Assembly: GCA_030390025.1 (NCBI GenBank)
Contig: CM059432.1
Location: 135,720,001 to 135,784,000 of the forward strand
DNA: 64,000 bases
Direction: 5' to 3'
Source: Squalus acanthias
Taxonomy: Eukaryota
Part shown: one piece after another, positions 14,914 through 27,982 of the stretch
Layout: each line of letters begins with the position of its first letter
How positions within the stretch are numbered: position 1 is the first letter of the stretch
Made by a program: the position numbers and the translations under genes
Notes under the pieces: generated by a model
What the model saw: the letters and a program-made list of their open reading frames with translations, nothing else
What the model was told of the DNA's origin: nothing
Databases searched by the model: none

Positions 14914-15365
14914 AAAGAAAGACTTGCATTTAGATAGTGCCTTTCACGACCACCGGATGTCCCAAAGTGCTTTACAGCCAATTAAGTGCTTTTTTTTTTG
15001 AAGTGTAGTCACCGTTGTAATGTAGGAAACGCAGCAGCCAATTTTCACACAGCAAGCTCCCACAAACAGCAATGTGATAATGACCAGATAATCTGTTTTA
15101 GTGATGTTGATTGAGGGATAAATATTGGCCAGCACACCGGGGATAACTCCCCTGCTCTTCTTCAAAATAGTGCCGTGGGATCTTTTATGTCTACCTGAGA
15201 GAGCAGACGGGGCCTCGGTTTAACGTCTCATCTGAATGACGGCACCTCCGACAGTGCAGCACTCCCCTGGAGTGTCAGGCTAGATTTTTGTGCTCAAGTC
15301 TCTGGAGTGGATCTATGAACCTACAACCTTCTGATGAGGCGAGGGTGCTACCAAATGAGCCATGG
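14914..15365 (-). mobile_element. Deu-domain SINE (SacSINE1-like), near full length
   Basis: Reverse complement of the 21465-21910 family, including the tRNA-like head and L2-like tail. Confidence 0.85.
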
Positions 15366-16249
15366 TTGATACTACCCTGACAACAAAAGGTTGCAGTTTG
15401 TGTAAATGTTTTGTTAATTTTGATAATAGCAAAATTAAATCATTCATTTTTAAAATTGTCAACTTCTAAAATCAAAATTAGGAAGTCAAGTTGCGAAATA
15501 GTAATTTTTGAAATATTGCCTACAATTAATTTTTAAAAGAGAATTTTCCCCATTGGTCTGGCGCAGTCTGGCGGCCATTGAGCTTCTTTGTTCTGGCCTG
15601 TAAAGCTCTTGCTAATGTCTTTCTGGTTTTTGTTTATTATGTAAAGCTAACTTCGGCACTTTCAAGTTGTTTAAAGTTCTTGGGTCTGGAGGGCTGGAAA
15701 AGTCTGCTCCCTGATTGGCCAAAACCCACCAATCAGGAAGCAGCCTTTGGTAGTCCTCAGGGCCTAGCGATTTTAAAGAGGTGAAGCATTCTCTCCTGCT
15801 CTCCATGCTGCTTTAATATTTGTCACGTGCACATTATCTTCCAGAGCACAGGATTCAACAGTGTCCAAATGATCTGCAATATTCTGAAGGTCCTTAATCT
15901 CTGCAGCAGAGGCTAGTTTTGACAGTGGCAAATTCTGCCTCAAAAAGCTTTGATTGTAATGAAGGTCAGTGAAGGCATTGCAAGCTAATGATCTGCAGTG
16001 GTGGTGGTGAGGGGAGGGGGAGGAGGAGGAAACTGTTAAGGGCAACAAATCAGACATTCCTACGCCAGCTAAACTTGAAGTAACAGAGAATTTCAGGTTT
16101 AATTTTTCCTTTTTGTTTTTGCACTAGCCATTCCCTTCTGAAGTGAATTTATACAGTCAGGTGACACAAAAGGGCCCAATTTAGCAGAAGCACCAAGATG
16201 AGGCGATCTCTTCTGTTCATGACATCGTCATGAGTTATGTTACATATTG

Positions 16250-19104
16250 TGGTGTGGTAAATAAGGTTGGTGAGCTACAAGGAACAATTAGCCATGTGGC
16301 AACATGATGTTGTGGCAATAACGGAAACGTGGCTTAAAAACGGTGAGGGCTGGGCACTTGATATTCAAGGGTACAAGGTGTTCAGAAAAGATAGGGAAGG
16401 AAAAAAGGGAGGTGGGGTGGCAGTGCTGATTAAGGAAGACATTGTAGTGTTAGAAAGGGAGGATGTTCTTGAGGGGACAAGGACAGAATCTATTTGGTTA
16501 GAGTTGAGGAGCAAAAAGGGTATGATCACGCAATTGGGGGTATTCTATAGGTCTCCAAATAGTGAGAGGGAGGTAGAGGAGCAAATCTGCAGGGAAATCG
16601 CAGAGATATGCAAGAGCTATAGAGTGGTGATATTGGGGGACTTTAATTACCCAAATATCAATTGGGATAATGCTAGGGTAAAGGAAAGGAGGGGGGGGGG
16701 GGGGGGTGAATTTCTGAAATGTGTTCAGGAGAATTTCCTTGACTAGTATGTTCTTGGCCCAACTAGGAAGGAGGCATTGCTGGATCTGGTCCTGGGGAAT
16801 GAGGTGGGCCAGGTCGACGAAGTGTTTGTGGGTGAACACTTGGGTACGAGTGATCATCGTATTATAAGATTTAGATTAGCAATGGAGAGGAGCAAGGAAC
16901 AATCTAGCGTGGAACTTCTAAACTGGAATAGGGCTAACTTCAATGGGATGCAAAAGGATCTAGCCAGGGTAAAATGGAACCAAAGACTGACAGGAAAAAC
17001 TGTAACGGAACAATGGGTGATCTTTAAGGAGGAGATGTTCCAAGTACAGGCTAGGTACATTCCAACAAGAGGGAAGGGTAAGGGAACCAAAGCAAGGGCT
17101 CCTTGGATGACGAGGGAGATAGAGAAGATGATGAAACAAAAAAAGAGGGTGTATGATGCATGTCAGGTGAATTCTTCAAGGGAGAACCAGACCAAATACA
17201 ATAAGTTGAGAGGGGAAGTGAAGATGAAAATAAGATTGGCAAAGAGAGAATATGAGAGTAGAATGGCGGTTAACATAAAAGGGAACCCAAAAATCTTCTA
17301 CCGGCATGTAAATAGTAAACGGGTAGTAAGAGGCGGGGTGGGGTCTATTAGGGGCAAAGAAGGTGATATATGCTTAGAGGCAAAGGGCAAGGCTAGAATA
17401 CTCAATGAATACTTTGTATCAGTGTTTACTAAGGAGGTGGATGCTGACAAAATATCAGTAGAAGTGGAAAAGGTAGAAGCAATGGAAGGAGTGAAAATTG
17501 ATAGACAGGATGTACTAAAAAGGCTGGGTATGCTTAGAGTGGATAAGTCGCCTGGTCCAGATGGCTTGCATCCCAGGTTGCGAAGGGAATTGGGGGAGGA
17601 GACAGTGGAAGGGCTTGCCATAATTTTCCAATCTTCCCTAGATGCGGGGGTGGTGCCTGAGGATTGGGAAGTGGCAAATGTGACACCATTGTTCAAGAAC
17701 AGGTGTAAGGACAATCCTAGTAACTACAGGCCGGTCAGTTTAACATCAGTGGTGGGTAACGTTTTAGAAACAATAATCAAGGAAAACATTAATGGGCACT
17801 TGGAGAGGTTTAAGCTAATTAAGGAGAGCCAACACGGATTTGTAAAAGGCAGATCGTGTTTGACTAATCTAATTGAATTTTTTGATGAAGTAACAGGGAG
17901 GATTGATGAAGGGAATGCAATGGATGTTGTCTACATGAATTTTAGGAAGGCGTTTGACAAAGTACCACATAGAAGGCTGGTTAACAAAATTGAGGCTCAT
18001 GGAATAGGTGGGTCATTGGCAGCTTGGATAAGGAATTGGCTTAAGGACAGAAAACAGCGAGTTGTGGTAAAAGGCTGTTTTTCAGACTGGAGGATGGTAG
18101 AGTGTGGTGTTCCCCAAGGGTTAGTGCTGGGGCCACTGCTTTTTTTGATATATATAAATGACCTGGATATTGGAATACAGAGTAGAATTTCTAAATTTGC
18201 CGATGACACCAAATTTGAGGGTGTGGCAAATAGTGAGGATGATACCAATCAACTGCAATGGGACATAGAAAGACCAGTAGAATGGGCAGACAAGTGGCAG
18301 ATGGAATTTAATACAGAGAAGTGAGAGGTGATGCATTTTGGCAGAAGGAACAGGGAGTGGCAATTTACACTTAATGACACAGTTTTAAAGAGTGTGCAGG
18401 GACAGAGGGACCTGAAGGTGCCAGGATATATTGGGCTGGATTTTCATTGACCCGTGGAGGTGGGTTTGGAGGCGTGTGGGGGGTTAAAATTGTGAAAACT
18501 GGCGGGCGGGCACAAGCCCGCCTCCATCCCGCCTCTACGCAATTTTCATTAAATCATGTCTGCTGAGTATTGCATCCAGTTCTGGTCACCACACTTTAGG
18601 AAGGATGTGAATGCCCTTGAGAGGGTGCAGAGGAGATTTACCAGAATGGTTCTGGGGATGGGGGATCTTAGCTACGAGGACAGGTTGGAGAAGCTAGATT
18701 TGTTTTCATTAGAGCAAAGGAGGTTGAGGGGTGATTTGATAGAGGTTTACAAGATTATGATGGGTTTTGATAGGCTAGACGGGGAAAGGCTGTTCCCACT
18801 AGTCGATGGTACAAGAACTAGGGGACACAGATTGAAGGTTTTGGGCAAGAGATACAGGGGGAGATGTGAGGAAAAACTTTTTTACGCAGTGAGTGGTGAG
18901 AACCTGGAACTCGCTGCTGATGGAAGTGATGGAAGTGGAGACACTCAGTGTTTTCAAGGGGAGACTGGATAGGCACTTGAGGGAAATAAACTTGCAGGGC
19001 TACAGGGATAGAGTGGGGGAATGGGACTGACTGGATTGCTCTACAGAGAGCCGGCATGGACTCGATGGGCCGAATGGCCTCCTTCTGTGCCATTATGACT
19101 CTAT
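16250..19104 (+). mobile_element. CR1 LINE, nearly complete decayed ORF2 (APE + RT)
   Basis: ORFs 16267-16746 (ITETW, GGGVAVL, GDFNYP), 16777-18324 (SDH, KSPGPDG, NYRPVSLTS, QHGF, VPQGxVLGP, FADD) and 18556-18972; CR1 3'UTR; premature stops. Confidence 0.95.
18433..18555. mobile_element. Truncated Harbinger-type non-autonomous element inside CR1
   Basis: Starts gggctggatttt...gacccgtggag..gggtttggaggcgtgtggggg, like 56374; right end and adjacent CR1 sequence deleted. Confidence 0.65.
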
Positions 19105-19384
19105 GGGGGCGATTTTGCCAGCCCTGGGGAGGCGGGTATGGAGGCGGGACTGCCGGGAAAATGGCAGAATTTGGGGGCGGGTGCCGAACCTGTCCCCAAC
19201 CCGCCTCCATGCCATCTTCCTAGGAGGCGGGTAGCCATCCTGCGCCGGGTCCCCGCAGGGCGAGCTTAACAAGGTCAATCAAGGGAAGATAGCATGGGTT
19301 GGCCACAAATTGATGGAGGCGGGACATCGACACGCCAAGCAGCGGTCCCACGTCCAACGCGCCCCCATTAACAAAATCGCCCCC
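19105..19384. mobile_element. Harbinger-type MITE in the CR1 tail
   Basis: TIRs gggggcgattttg / caaaatcgccccc; 3-bp TSD TAT. Confidence 0.8.
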
Positions 19385-19894
19385 TATGACTCTGACTCTA
19401 TATTACAATACTTCAAAAAGTAGTTACTTGGCTGTAAAGCGCTTTGGGATGTCCTGTGGTCATGAAAGGCGCGATAGAAATGCAATTCTTTCTTTTACAG
19501 TTTTCTTTTTTAATAATTTCTTTCCCTTCAAAACTTTTGGAAGACTTACTGAAGAGGTGCTATACCTATAAATGCTGATAAACCACCTGCACTCTTGGTA
19601 CAGAGAGAAGAGATGATGTTGGGTCATTCTTTTTTCATGCTGCTGGTAAGAAGGTTTCACAATATAAACAGAGATTCCAGAAATCCCACAATGTTGGTGG
19701 AAGTGTGGCAGAGCAGAACTCCTGGATATCCATGGAGATGGATGTAGACATAGATTTCAAACTGCGGGGAAGAGGTCAATTAAATGCCCGGGGCAGGTGG
19801 CCTGTGTCTGTAAGGGCATTTCAGAGGTGCTCCCTCCACCCACCCCACCACCCTTGCCGCCCCACCCATCCATTCAGCCAGAAGGAAATCGGAG

Positions 19895-20455
19895 TGCTGT
19901 CCACTATTCCAATGCTCTCCTGGCTGGCCTCCCATCTTGCACCCTCTGTAATCTTCAGCTCATTCAAAACTCTGCTGCCCGTATCCTAGTCCCGTTTACC
20001 TGTCACCCCTGTGCTCTCTGACCTACATTGGCTCTTGTTCCAGCAACGCCTCGATTTTAAAATCTTATCCTTGTTTTCAAATCCCAACATGGCCTCATCC
20101 CCTCCCTAACTCTGTAACCTCCTCCAGCCCGACTACCTTCCGAGATCTCTGCGCTCCTCCAATTCTGGCCTCTTGAGCATCCCCGATTTCCTTCACTCCA
20201 CCATTGGTGGCCGTACCTTCAGCTACCGAGGCCCTGAGCTCTGGAATTCCCTCCGTAAACTACTCCGCCTCTCTACCTCTCTCTCCTCCTTTAAGACGCT
20301 CCTTAAAACCTACCTCTTTGACAAAGTTTTTGGTCACCTGTCCTAATATCTCCGTATGTGGCTTAGTGCCAAATTTTGTTTGATAACGCTCTTGTGAAGT
20401 GCCTTGGGACGTTTTACTATGTTAAAAACTCTATATAAATGCAAGTTGTTGTTGA
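19895..20455 (+). mobile_element. L2 LINE 3' end
   Basis: Homologous to 9780-10310 and 57240-57610; ends tataaatgcaagttgttgttg. Confidence 0.8.
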
Positions 20456-21464
20456 TGTGTGTCCAGGGTGGACCTGATGCATGGGAAGGGCCAAGGAGGC
20501 ACCACATTAAGATTTGTAAAATGCAGCTAAGGGAGCATATGGGCCTTTTTGGAGAGATAATCTGGATTTATTACCACTTCCGAGTGCATCATGGGACCTT
20601 TACTATACACTGAATGGAACTCTCCCCCGCCCTCAGCTGGTGAGAGTTCCATTCGGCCTAATGGAGAAAGCTAAGGAATTTGTGGGGAAAGCCTGGGAAC
20701 ATCCCCCAGACAAATCCCCCAGACAAATCCTCAAAAGTAGTTGGGGGGCTGTGGGTGAGACCTTCATCTGCTTCCCCTTCCCCGCCCCCTTCAGAATTTG
20801 GAGCGCATTTTAAATGGGGTGCAAACCTGGTGCTTCTGGGTCTCGCCCCAAATTCCAGCCCCTCTGGCGGGTGACGCACCCGCTCTCCACAATCCACCGA
20901 CGCTGGAATTTCGGCCCCATTGTTTCGAGTGAGAGCAAACCTCCAAATGTACAGAGCTACTTTTAAGAGTAGTCGTGTGGTATAAATTGGTTATAACATT
21001 GGTCAATCTTCGTCTGATGCAGAGTAACTTCTCGGGGCTTGCACTTCTGTGCATGGAAGCGTGCATTATTGTGCAACCACATGCAAGCCCATTCACTGGT
21101 TTTGACGTCTGTATCCAGTCCAAAAAGGTTGGACATTTCTAGCCTTGTGGATAAAGGCTCCACCAGGTGCTCAGCCAGACAGGCCAGAGGGTTTAAGTAT
21201 GATTTGTGGTCTCTGCTGACTTAGCTAATATCAGGTGGGTAGCAATTCAGTCCTTCAATAGCTTCAGTGCCCTGGGCTAGGGAAGGATATAAAAAAAAAA
21301 ATCAGCCATAGTTCCTGATTGCTGTCCAATGACCTGCAGTGGAAGGGATGGGTTTGCAGATGCTGGGAGAATATGGTCAGACTTGGGCGTGAGGCCCTCC
21401 ACTGCACATTAGACATGCAACGCACTGCATAAGCTCACACATGCAGCACAGTACCAGCTGTGAA

Positions 21465-21910
21465 TTAGTGGGTAGCCCCCTTGCCTCTGAGGCAAAAGGT
21501 TGTGGGCTCAATTCCCACTCCCGAGACTTTGAGCACAAAATCCAGGCTGACACTCCACTGCAGTACTGAGGGAGTGCTGCGCTGTTGGAGGTGTTGTCTT
21601 TTGGATGAGACGTTAAACCGTGGGCACCGTCTGCCCTCTCAGGTGGACCTAAAAGATCCATGGCACTTTTTCGAAGAAGAGCATCGGAGTTCCCTCCCAG
21701 TGTCCTGGCCAATATTTATTCCTCAACCAACATCACTCAAAACAGATCATCCGGTCATTATCACATTGCTGTTTGTGGGATCTTGCTGTGTGCAATTTGG
21801 CTGCCACGATTCCTACATTACCACAGTAACTACACTTCGCAAGTACTATAAAGTGCTTTGGGACGTCACGAGGTCGTGAAAGGCGCTATATGAATACAAG
21901 TCTTTCTTTC
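21465..21910 (+). mobile_element. Deu-domain SINE (SacSINE1-like), full length, inserted in an older SINE
   Basis: tRNA-like head, central gatgagacgttaaaccg...aaagatccatggcact...tcctggccaatattta block, tail aaggcgctatatgaatacaagtctttctttc. Confidence 0.85.
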
Positions 21911-22016
21911 ATGCTGCTTGGGTGCTGGCATTATTGGGTCTGCACCCCAACGAGAATCAGTCTTCAGGAGGGGAGGGGAGGGGAGGGGAGAAAATTTAGC
22001 AAACGTTAATATTTAA

Positions 22017-22145
22017 AACAGAAGCAAAATATTGTGAATACTGGAAATCTGAAATCAAAACAGAGATCATTGATCTGAAGTGCTAACTCTGTTTCTCTCT
22101 CCACAGATACTGCCTGACCTGCTGAGTGTTTGCCAGCATTTTCCA
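22017..22145 (+). mobile_element. Minimal Penelope-like insertion (inverted pseudo-LTR pieces)
   Basis: Same family as 56154-57794; 11-bp TSD ttaatatttaa (22006-22016 / 22146-22156). Confidence 0.65.
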
Positions 22146-22316
22146 TTAATATTTAATATGTGTTTTAACTAAAAATGTTATTGATCTGGACCTATTTCCA
22201 GATTGCCGGGTACACCATAAAATTCGAGGTAGGTTTAAATTCACTTTTGACTTCAATGGAAAAGGAAATCAGGTGGGGTGCCAATTCGCGGTCACCTGTT
22301 TCAGCCTGCTGATTAA

Positions 22317-22625
22317 ACAACAACAACTTGTATTTATATAGCGTCTTTAATGTAGTAAAACGTCCCCAAGCGCTTCACGGGAGTATTATAAGACAAAAAA
22401 TTTGACACCGAACCGCATAAGGAGAAATTAGGGCAGATGGCCAAAAGCTTGGTCAAAGAGGTAGGTTTTAAGGAGCGTCTTAAAGGAGGCGAGTGAGGCG
22501 GAGAGGTTTAGGGAGGGAATTCCAGAGTTTGGGGCCTAGGCAGCTGAAGGCACGGCCACCAATGGTTGAGCGATTATAATCAGGGATGCTCAAGAGAGCA
22601 GAATTAGGGGAGCGCAGATATCTTG
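22317..22625 (-). mobile_element. L2 LINE 3' end
   Basis: Reverse complement of the L2 tail (caacaacttgtatttatatagcg...). Confidence 0.8.
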
Positions 22626-23599
22626 GGGGGGGGGTTGAGATCTTAGCTATGCTCTATGGTCGACTAGCCTGCTGAAGCGCATTGTCTCGGCTGACATATG
22701 GAGAACGGCCTCTTTTGGCAAAGTATTGGAAGGCACTCAGTGGCCGTGTAATCATATCGCAACAAGGGCCATCGTTTTCATGAGCGGAAGGGGAAAAAGT
22801 TGGACGGGAGAAAACCCTTTAAAGTAGTGCATGTGGCAAACAGCTCAGCACTCAAAGGGTTAAACATCTCACCAATCAATAACATTTTTATACTTTTAAT
22901 TAGTGTTATATTATGCCATATGAATAATCATGATCATTTTACACAATGATTTCTTGCTGTTGCAGGCCCAATCCATTACTTGCTTCAATGAACCGTCCTG
23001 TAGCTTATGTGCAGTACTTTCAGCCCTAGGTGATGGAAATACCTGCACTCTTTCCAGCCCCCATTAATTATGGTTATCATTAATATGTATAATTCATGAG
23101 AAAATTTGTTTGTCAAGCATTCCAAACGGGTCACTTAAATCCTAGATCAATTGATAATGTTCACACCACCTTGAATTAAAATGCATCAACTAGAAAACTT
23201 TCTTTCTATTTTTAATCAACTTTTTTTTTGAGCTGATAGAATCGACCTCTGCACTCTGAAAAAATAATTCAAAGTGAAATTATATATTACTGGCCTCCTA
23301 TATTATATGCATTGTGGGACCTTTAGTAACTGATTTTCCTGGAAATGACTATTGCATGACCAGTAATTAAAAATTCGAGCTGGAATTTCTGCAGCACACA
23401 CTGAATACTGATTGGAGCTGCTTGAATTTATTAAATAGGTTACTGTATTGCAGACTTAGGTCAAAATGACCTGTATTTATCATTGTTTTTCCCCCTTCTA
23501 ATTTACTCCCCCGCCCCAGTCTCTTGAAAGTCCTGACTTACAATGAGGACCAGTTCCATGGACACTGGCTGGTCTCTGATACCTCATTTGACTGGCCAT

Positions 23600-24970
23600 T
23601 CTTTATATGTGAGGCTAGACCAAGGTGCCCAGACTGTAGCCCCCTCCTATTTCTCATCTACATGCTGCCCCTCGGTGACATCATCCAAAGACACAGCATC
23701 AGGTTCCACATGTACGCTGACGATACCCGGCTCTATCTCACCACCGCCTCTCTCAACCGCTCTACTGCCTCTGTGTTGTCAGACTGCTTGTCCAACATCC
23801 AGTCCTGGATGAGCCAAAATTTCCTCCAATTAAATATTAGGAAGACCAAAGCCATTGTCTTTGACCCCGCCACAAACTTCGTTCCCTAGCCATCAACTCC
23901 ATCTCTCCCCCTGGCCACTGTCTGAGGCTGAACCAGACTGTCCGCATCCACGGCGTCCTATTGACCCTGAGCTGAGCTTCCGAACCCATGTCCTCTCCAT
24001 CACAAAGACCGCCTACCTCCACCACTGTAATATTGCCCGTCTCCACCCCTGCCTCAGCCCATCTGCTGTTAAAACCCTCATCCATGCCTTTGTTATACCT
24101 CCAGACTCGACTATTCAAACGCTTTCCTGGCCGGCCTCCTATTTTCCACCTTCCATCCATAAACTTGAGATCATCCAAAACTCTGCTGCCCATATCCTAA
24201 CTCGCACCGATTCCCATCCACCCATCACCCCCTGTGCTCGCTGACCTACATTGGCTCCGGGTCCACCAACACCTTCATAGAATCATAGAATGATACAGCA
24301 CAGAAGGAGGCCATTCGGCCCATCGTGCCTGTGCCGGCGCTTTGGTCGAGCTATCCAATTAATCCCACTCCCCTGCTCTTCCCCATAGCCCTGTAAATTT
24401 TTCCCTTCAAGTATTTATCCAATTCTCTTTTGAATGTTACTATTGAATCTGCTTCCACCACCCTTTCAGGCAGTGCATTCCAGATCATAACAACCCGCTA
24501 TGTAAAAAAAATGTTTCCTTATGTCACCTCTGGTTCTTTTGCCAATTACCTTAAAACTGTGTCCTCTGGTTACTGACCCTTCTCATCCTCGTATTCAAAT
24601 CCTTCCCTAGACATACCCCTCCCTATCTCTATAACCTCCTCCGACCCTAGAACCCTCCAAGAATGCTACATTCCTCCAACTCTGTCTGTTGTGCACCCCC
24701 CACTTCCTTCGCCCCACCAGTGGCGGCCATGTCTTCAGTTGTCTAGGCCCTAAGCTCTGGAATTCCCTCCCTAATCCTCTCCGCCTCGCTACCTCTCTCT
24801 CCTCCTTCAAGATGCTCCTTAAAACCTAGCTCTGTGACCAAGCTTTTGGTCACCTGTCCTAATATCTCCTTATGTGGCTCGATGTCAATTGTTGTCTGAT
24901 TACACTCCTGTGAAGTGCCTTGGGACATTTTACTACATTAAAGGTGCTATATAAATACAATTTGTTGTTG
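23600..24970 (+). mobile_element. L2 LINE RT/3' fragment, split by a CR1 tail
   Basis: ORF 23524-23889 SPLLFLIYMLPLGDII...HMYADDTRLY...LQLNIRKT; L2 tail near 24960. Confidence 0.85.
24276..24582 (-). mobile_element. CR1 3' end inserted in L2
   Basis: catagaatcatagaa tail, aggccattcggccc motif. Confidence 0.8.
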
Positions 24971-25189
24971 GGCGATGTTTACCAAGTCAGACCTGAAACA
25001 AAGCTTTGTTGGAATTTCCATCTGGCATAACCTTCCTTTAATAGTTGTGGTAGTTCATGGATAATAAGCTGGTGTTACTCCTCACAGTGGCCAACTTGCC
25101 CACATTATCATTTCACAAACTGGAGGGTAGACTAGCGGAACCTGATTAGATTTTAGTGGTTTGGGTGGAGTCCTAAGATATGGCCGAGG

Positions 25190-25600
25190 TGTTAAATGGT
25201 TCGTTTGCATTAGTCTTCACTGCTGAAGATGATGTTCATAGAGGTGATGTTAAAATTAAACATGTAGAAATGGATGCAGATTTAGGGCTCTTGAAGCAAA
25301 TTGCCCTGCTGGCTCTTATGGCATTTGGTCTAGGGTGATAAAAGAAATGGGGAATGATTATGCGAACCACTGGCTCATATATTTAACAGCTCCCTGAGGC
25401 TTGGGATTGTTCCCACGGACTAAAGAGGCCATGTGGTACCTATATTTAAAAAGGGCATTAAGTCAGAACCAGGAAACTATAAGCCCATTAGTTTAACTTC
25501 AGTCATAGGCAAGTTGCTAGAGGGCATTATTAGAGATGCATTGTTCAATCATTTAGAACCAGGAGGTGTTATTAGGGAATCCCAGCAAGGTGTCTCGAAA
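25190..25600 (+). mobile_element. Highly decayed CR1 RT fragment
   Basis: VPIFKKG..EPGNYKPISLTSVIGKLLE in ORF 25433-25651. Confidence 0.7.
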
Positions 25601-25619
25601 AGGAAACCCAGGTGTCACC

Positions 25620-25752
25620 CTTGGCTCAGTCGGCAGCACTTTTGTCTCTGAGTCAGAAGGTTGTGGGTTCAAGCCCCTTTCCAGACTTGAGGAAGCAATC
25701 TATAGGCTGACACTCCAGTGCAGTACTGAGGGAGCACTGCACTGCTGGAGGA
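25620..25752 (+). mobile_element. SacSINE1-like 5' head fragment
   Basis: tggctcagtcggcagcact...gggttcaagccc...ctgacactccagtgcagtactgagggag. Confidence 0.7.
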
Positions 25753-25850
25753 TTTTCCTTTGTTTTTTTGCCTCTCCCAGGAGAGTGCACGATGGGGAGA
25801 AGTAGATTGATAGTGTGCACAGGTTGCATCAAGTCAGGATGAGTCAGGCT

Positions 25851-27982
25851 TAAGAACATAAGATAAGAACATAAGAATTAGGAGCAGGAGTAGGCTACAC
25901 GGCCCCTCGAGCCTGCTCCGCCATTCAATAAGATCATGGCTGATCTTCGACCTCAACTCCACTTTCCCACCCGATTCCCATATCCCTTGATTCCCCTAGA
26001 GTCCAAAAATCTATCGATCTCAGTCTTGAATATACTCAACGATTCAGCATCCACTGCCCTTTGGAGTAGAGAATTCCAAAGATTCACAACCCTCTGAGTG
26101 AAAAAAATCTTCCTCATCTCAGTCTTAAATGGCCAACCCCTTATCCTGAGACTATGCCCCCTAGTTCTAGACTCTCTAGCCAGGGGAAACAACCTCTCAG
26201 TATCTACCCTGTCAATCCCCCTCAGAATCTTATATGTTTCAATGAGATCACCCCTCATTCTTCTAAACTCCAGAGAGTATAGGCCCATTCTACACAATCT
26301 CTCCTCATAGGACAACTCTCTCATCGCAGGAATCAATCTAGTGAACCTTCGGTGCACTACCTCCAAGGCAAGTTTATCCTTCCTCAGATAAGGAGACCAA
26401 AATGTACACAGTACTCCAGGTGTGGTCTCACCAAAGCCCTGTACAATTGTAGCAAGACTTCCTTACTCTTGTACTCCAACCTCCTTTCAATAAAGGCCAA
26501 CATGCCATTTGCCTTCCTAATTGCTTGCTGTACCTACATGCTAACTCTCTGTATTTCCTGTACGAGGACACCTAAATCTCTCTGAACACCAACATTTAAT
26601 AGTTCCTCACCATTTAAAAAATATTATTCTTTTCTATTCTTCCTACCAAAGTAAATAACCTCACATTTCTCCACATTATACTCCATCTGTCACCTTATTG
26701 CCCACTCACTTAATCTGTCTATATCCCTTTGCAGGCTCTTTGTGTCCTCCTCACAGCTTACTTTCCCACCTAGCTTTGTATCATCAGCAAACTTGGATAC
26801 ATTACACTCAGTCCTTTCATCTAAGTCATTAATATAGATTGTAAATAGCTGAGGCCCAAGCACTGATCCTTGTGGTACCCCACTAGTTACAGCCTGCCAA
26901 TCTGAAAATGACCAGTTTATCTCTACTCTGTTTTCTGTCCGTTAACCAATCCTCTATCCATGCTAATATATTTACCCAACCCCATGAGCCCTTATCTTGT
27001 GTAGCAACCTTTTATGTGGCACCTTATCAAATGCCTTTTGGAAATCCAAATATACTACATTCTCTGCTTCCCCTTTATCTACCCTGCTAGTTACATTCTC
27101 AAAAAAACTCTAATAAATTTGTTAAACATAATTTCCCTTTCATAAAACCATGTTGACTCTGTCTAATCTATTATGATTTTCTAAGTGCCCTGTTACCACT
27201 TCCTTAATAATGGATTCCAGCCTTTTCCCGACAACTGATGTCAGGCTAACTGGCCTGTAATTCCATGTTTTCTCTCTCCCTCCATTCTTGAATAACGGGG
27301 TTACATTTGCTACCTTCCAATGCGCTGGGACTGTTCTAGAATTTAGGGAATTTTGGAAGATCACAACCAATACATCCACTATCTCTGCAGCCGCCTCTTT
27401 TAGAACCCTAGGATGTAGGCCATCAGGTCCAGGGAATTTGTTGACTTTTAGTCCCATTAGTTTCTCAAGTACTGTTTCTCTACTGATATTAATTATTTTA
27501 AGTTTCTCACTCTCATTAGCCCCTTGGTTCCCCACTATTTGTGGTGTGCTTTTTGTGTCTTCTACGGTGAAGACAGATGCAAAATATTTGTTTAAAGTCT
27601 CTGCCATTTCCTTATTCCTCATTATAATTTCACCTGTCTCAGCCTCTAAGGGACCAACGCTTACTTTTGCTACTCTCTTCCTTTTTACATACTTGTCGAA
27701 TCTCTTCCAATCTGTTTTTATATTTCTTGCTAATTTACTCTCATTTTATTTTCTCCCTTGTTATCATTTTTTTGGTCATCCATTGCTGGTTTTTAAAGCT
27801 CTCCCAATCCTGAGGCTTACTACTATTCTTTGCAACATTATAAGCCTCTTCTTTTACTCTAATACTATCCTTAACGTCTTTAGTTAGCCACGGATGGATC
27901 ACGTTTCCCGTGGACTTTTTATTTCTCAGTGGAATGTATATTCGTTGAGAATTTTGGAATACTTCTTTAAATATTTGCCATT
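25851..27982 (-). mobile_element. CR1 LINE (5'-truncated, RT + 3'UTR)
   Basis: Minus ORFs 27140-27622 (PGPDGLHPRVLKE, NYRPVSLTS) and 25953-26366 (RRMRGDLIETYK); tail taagaaca repeats at 25851. Confidence 0.93.

Noticed and set aside
16267..18972. Long ORFs (up to 515 aa) as host genes
   Set aside because: They are CR1 ORF2 segments broken by stops, a deletion and an insertion.
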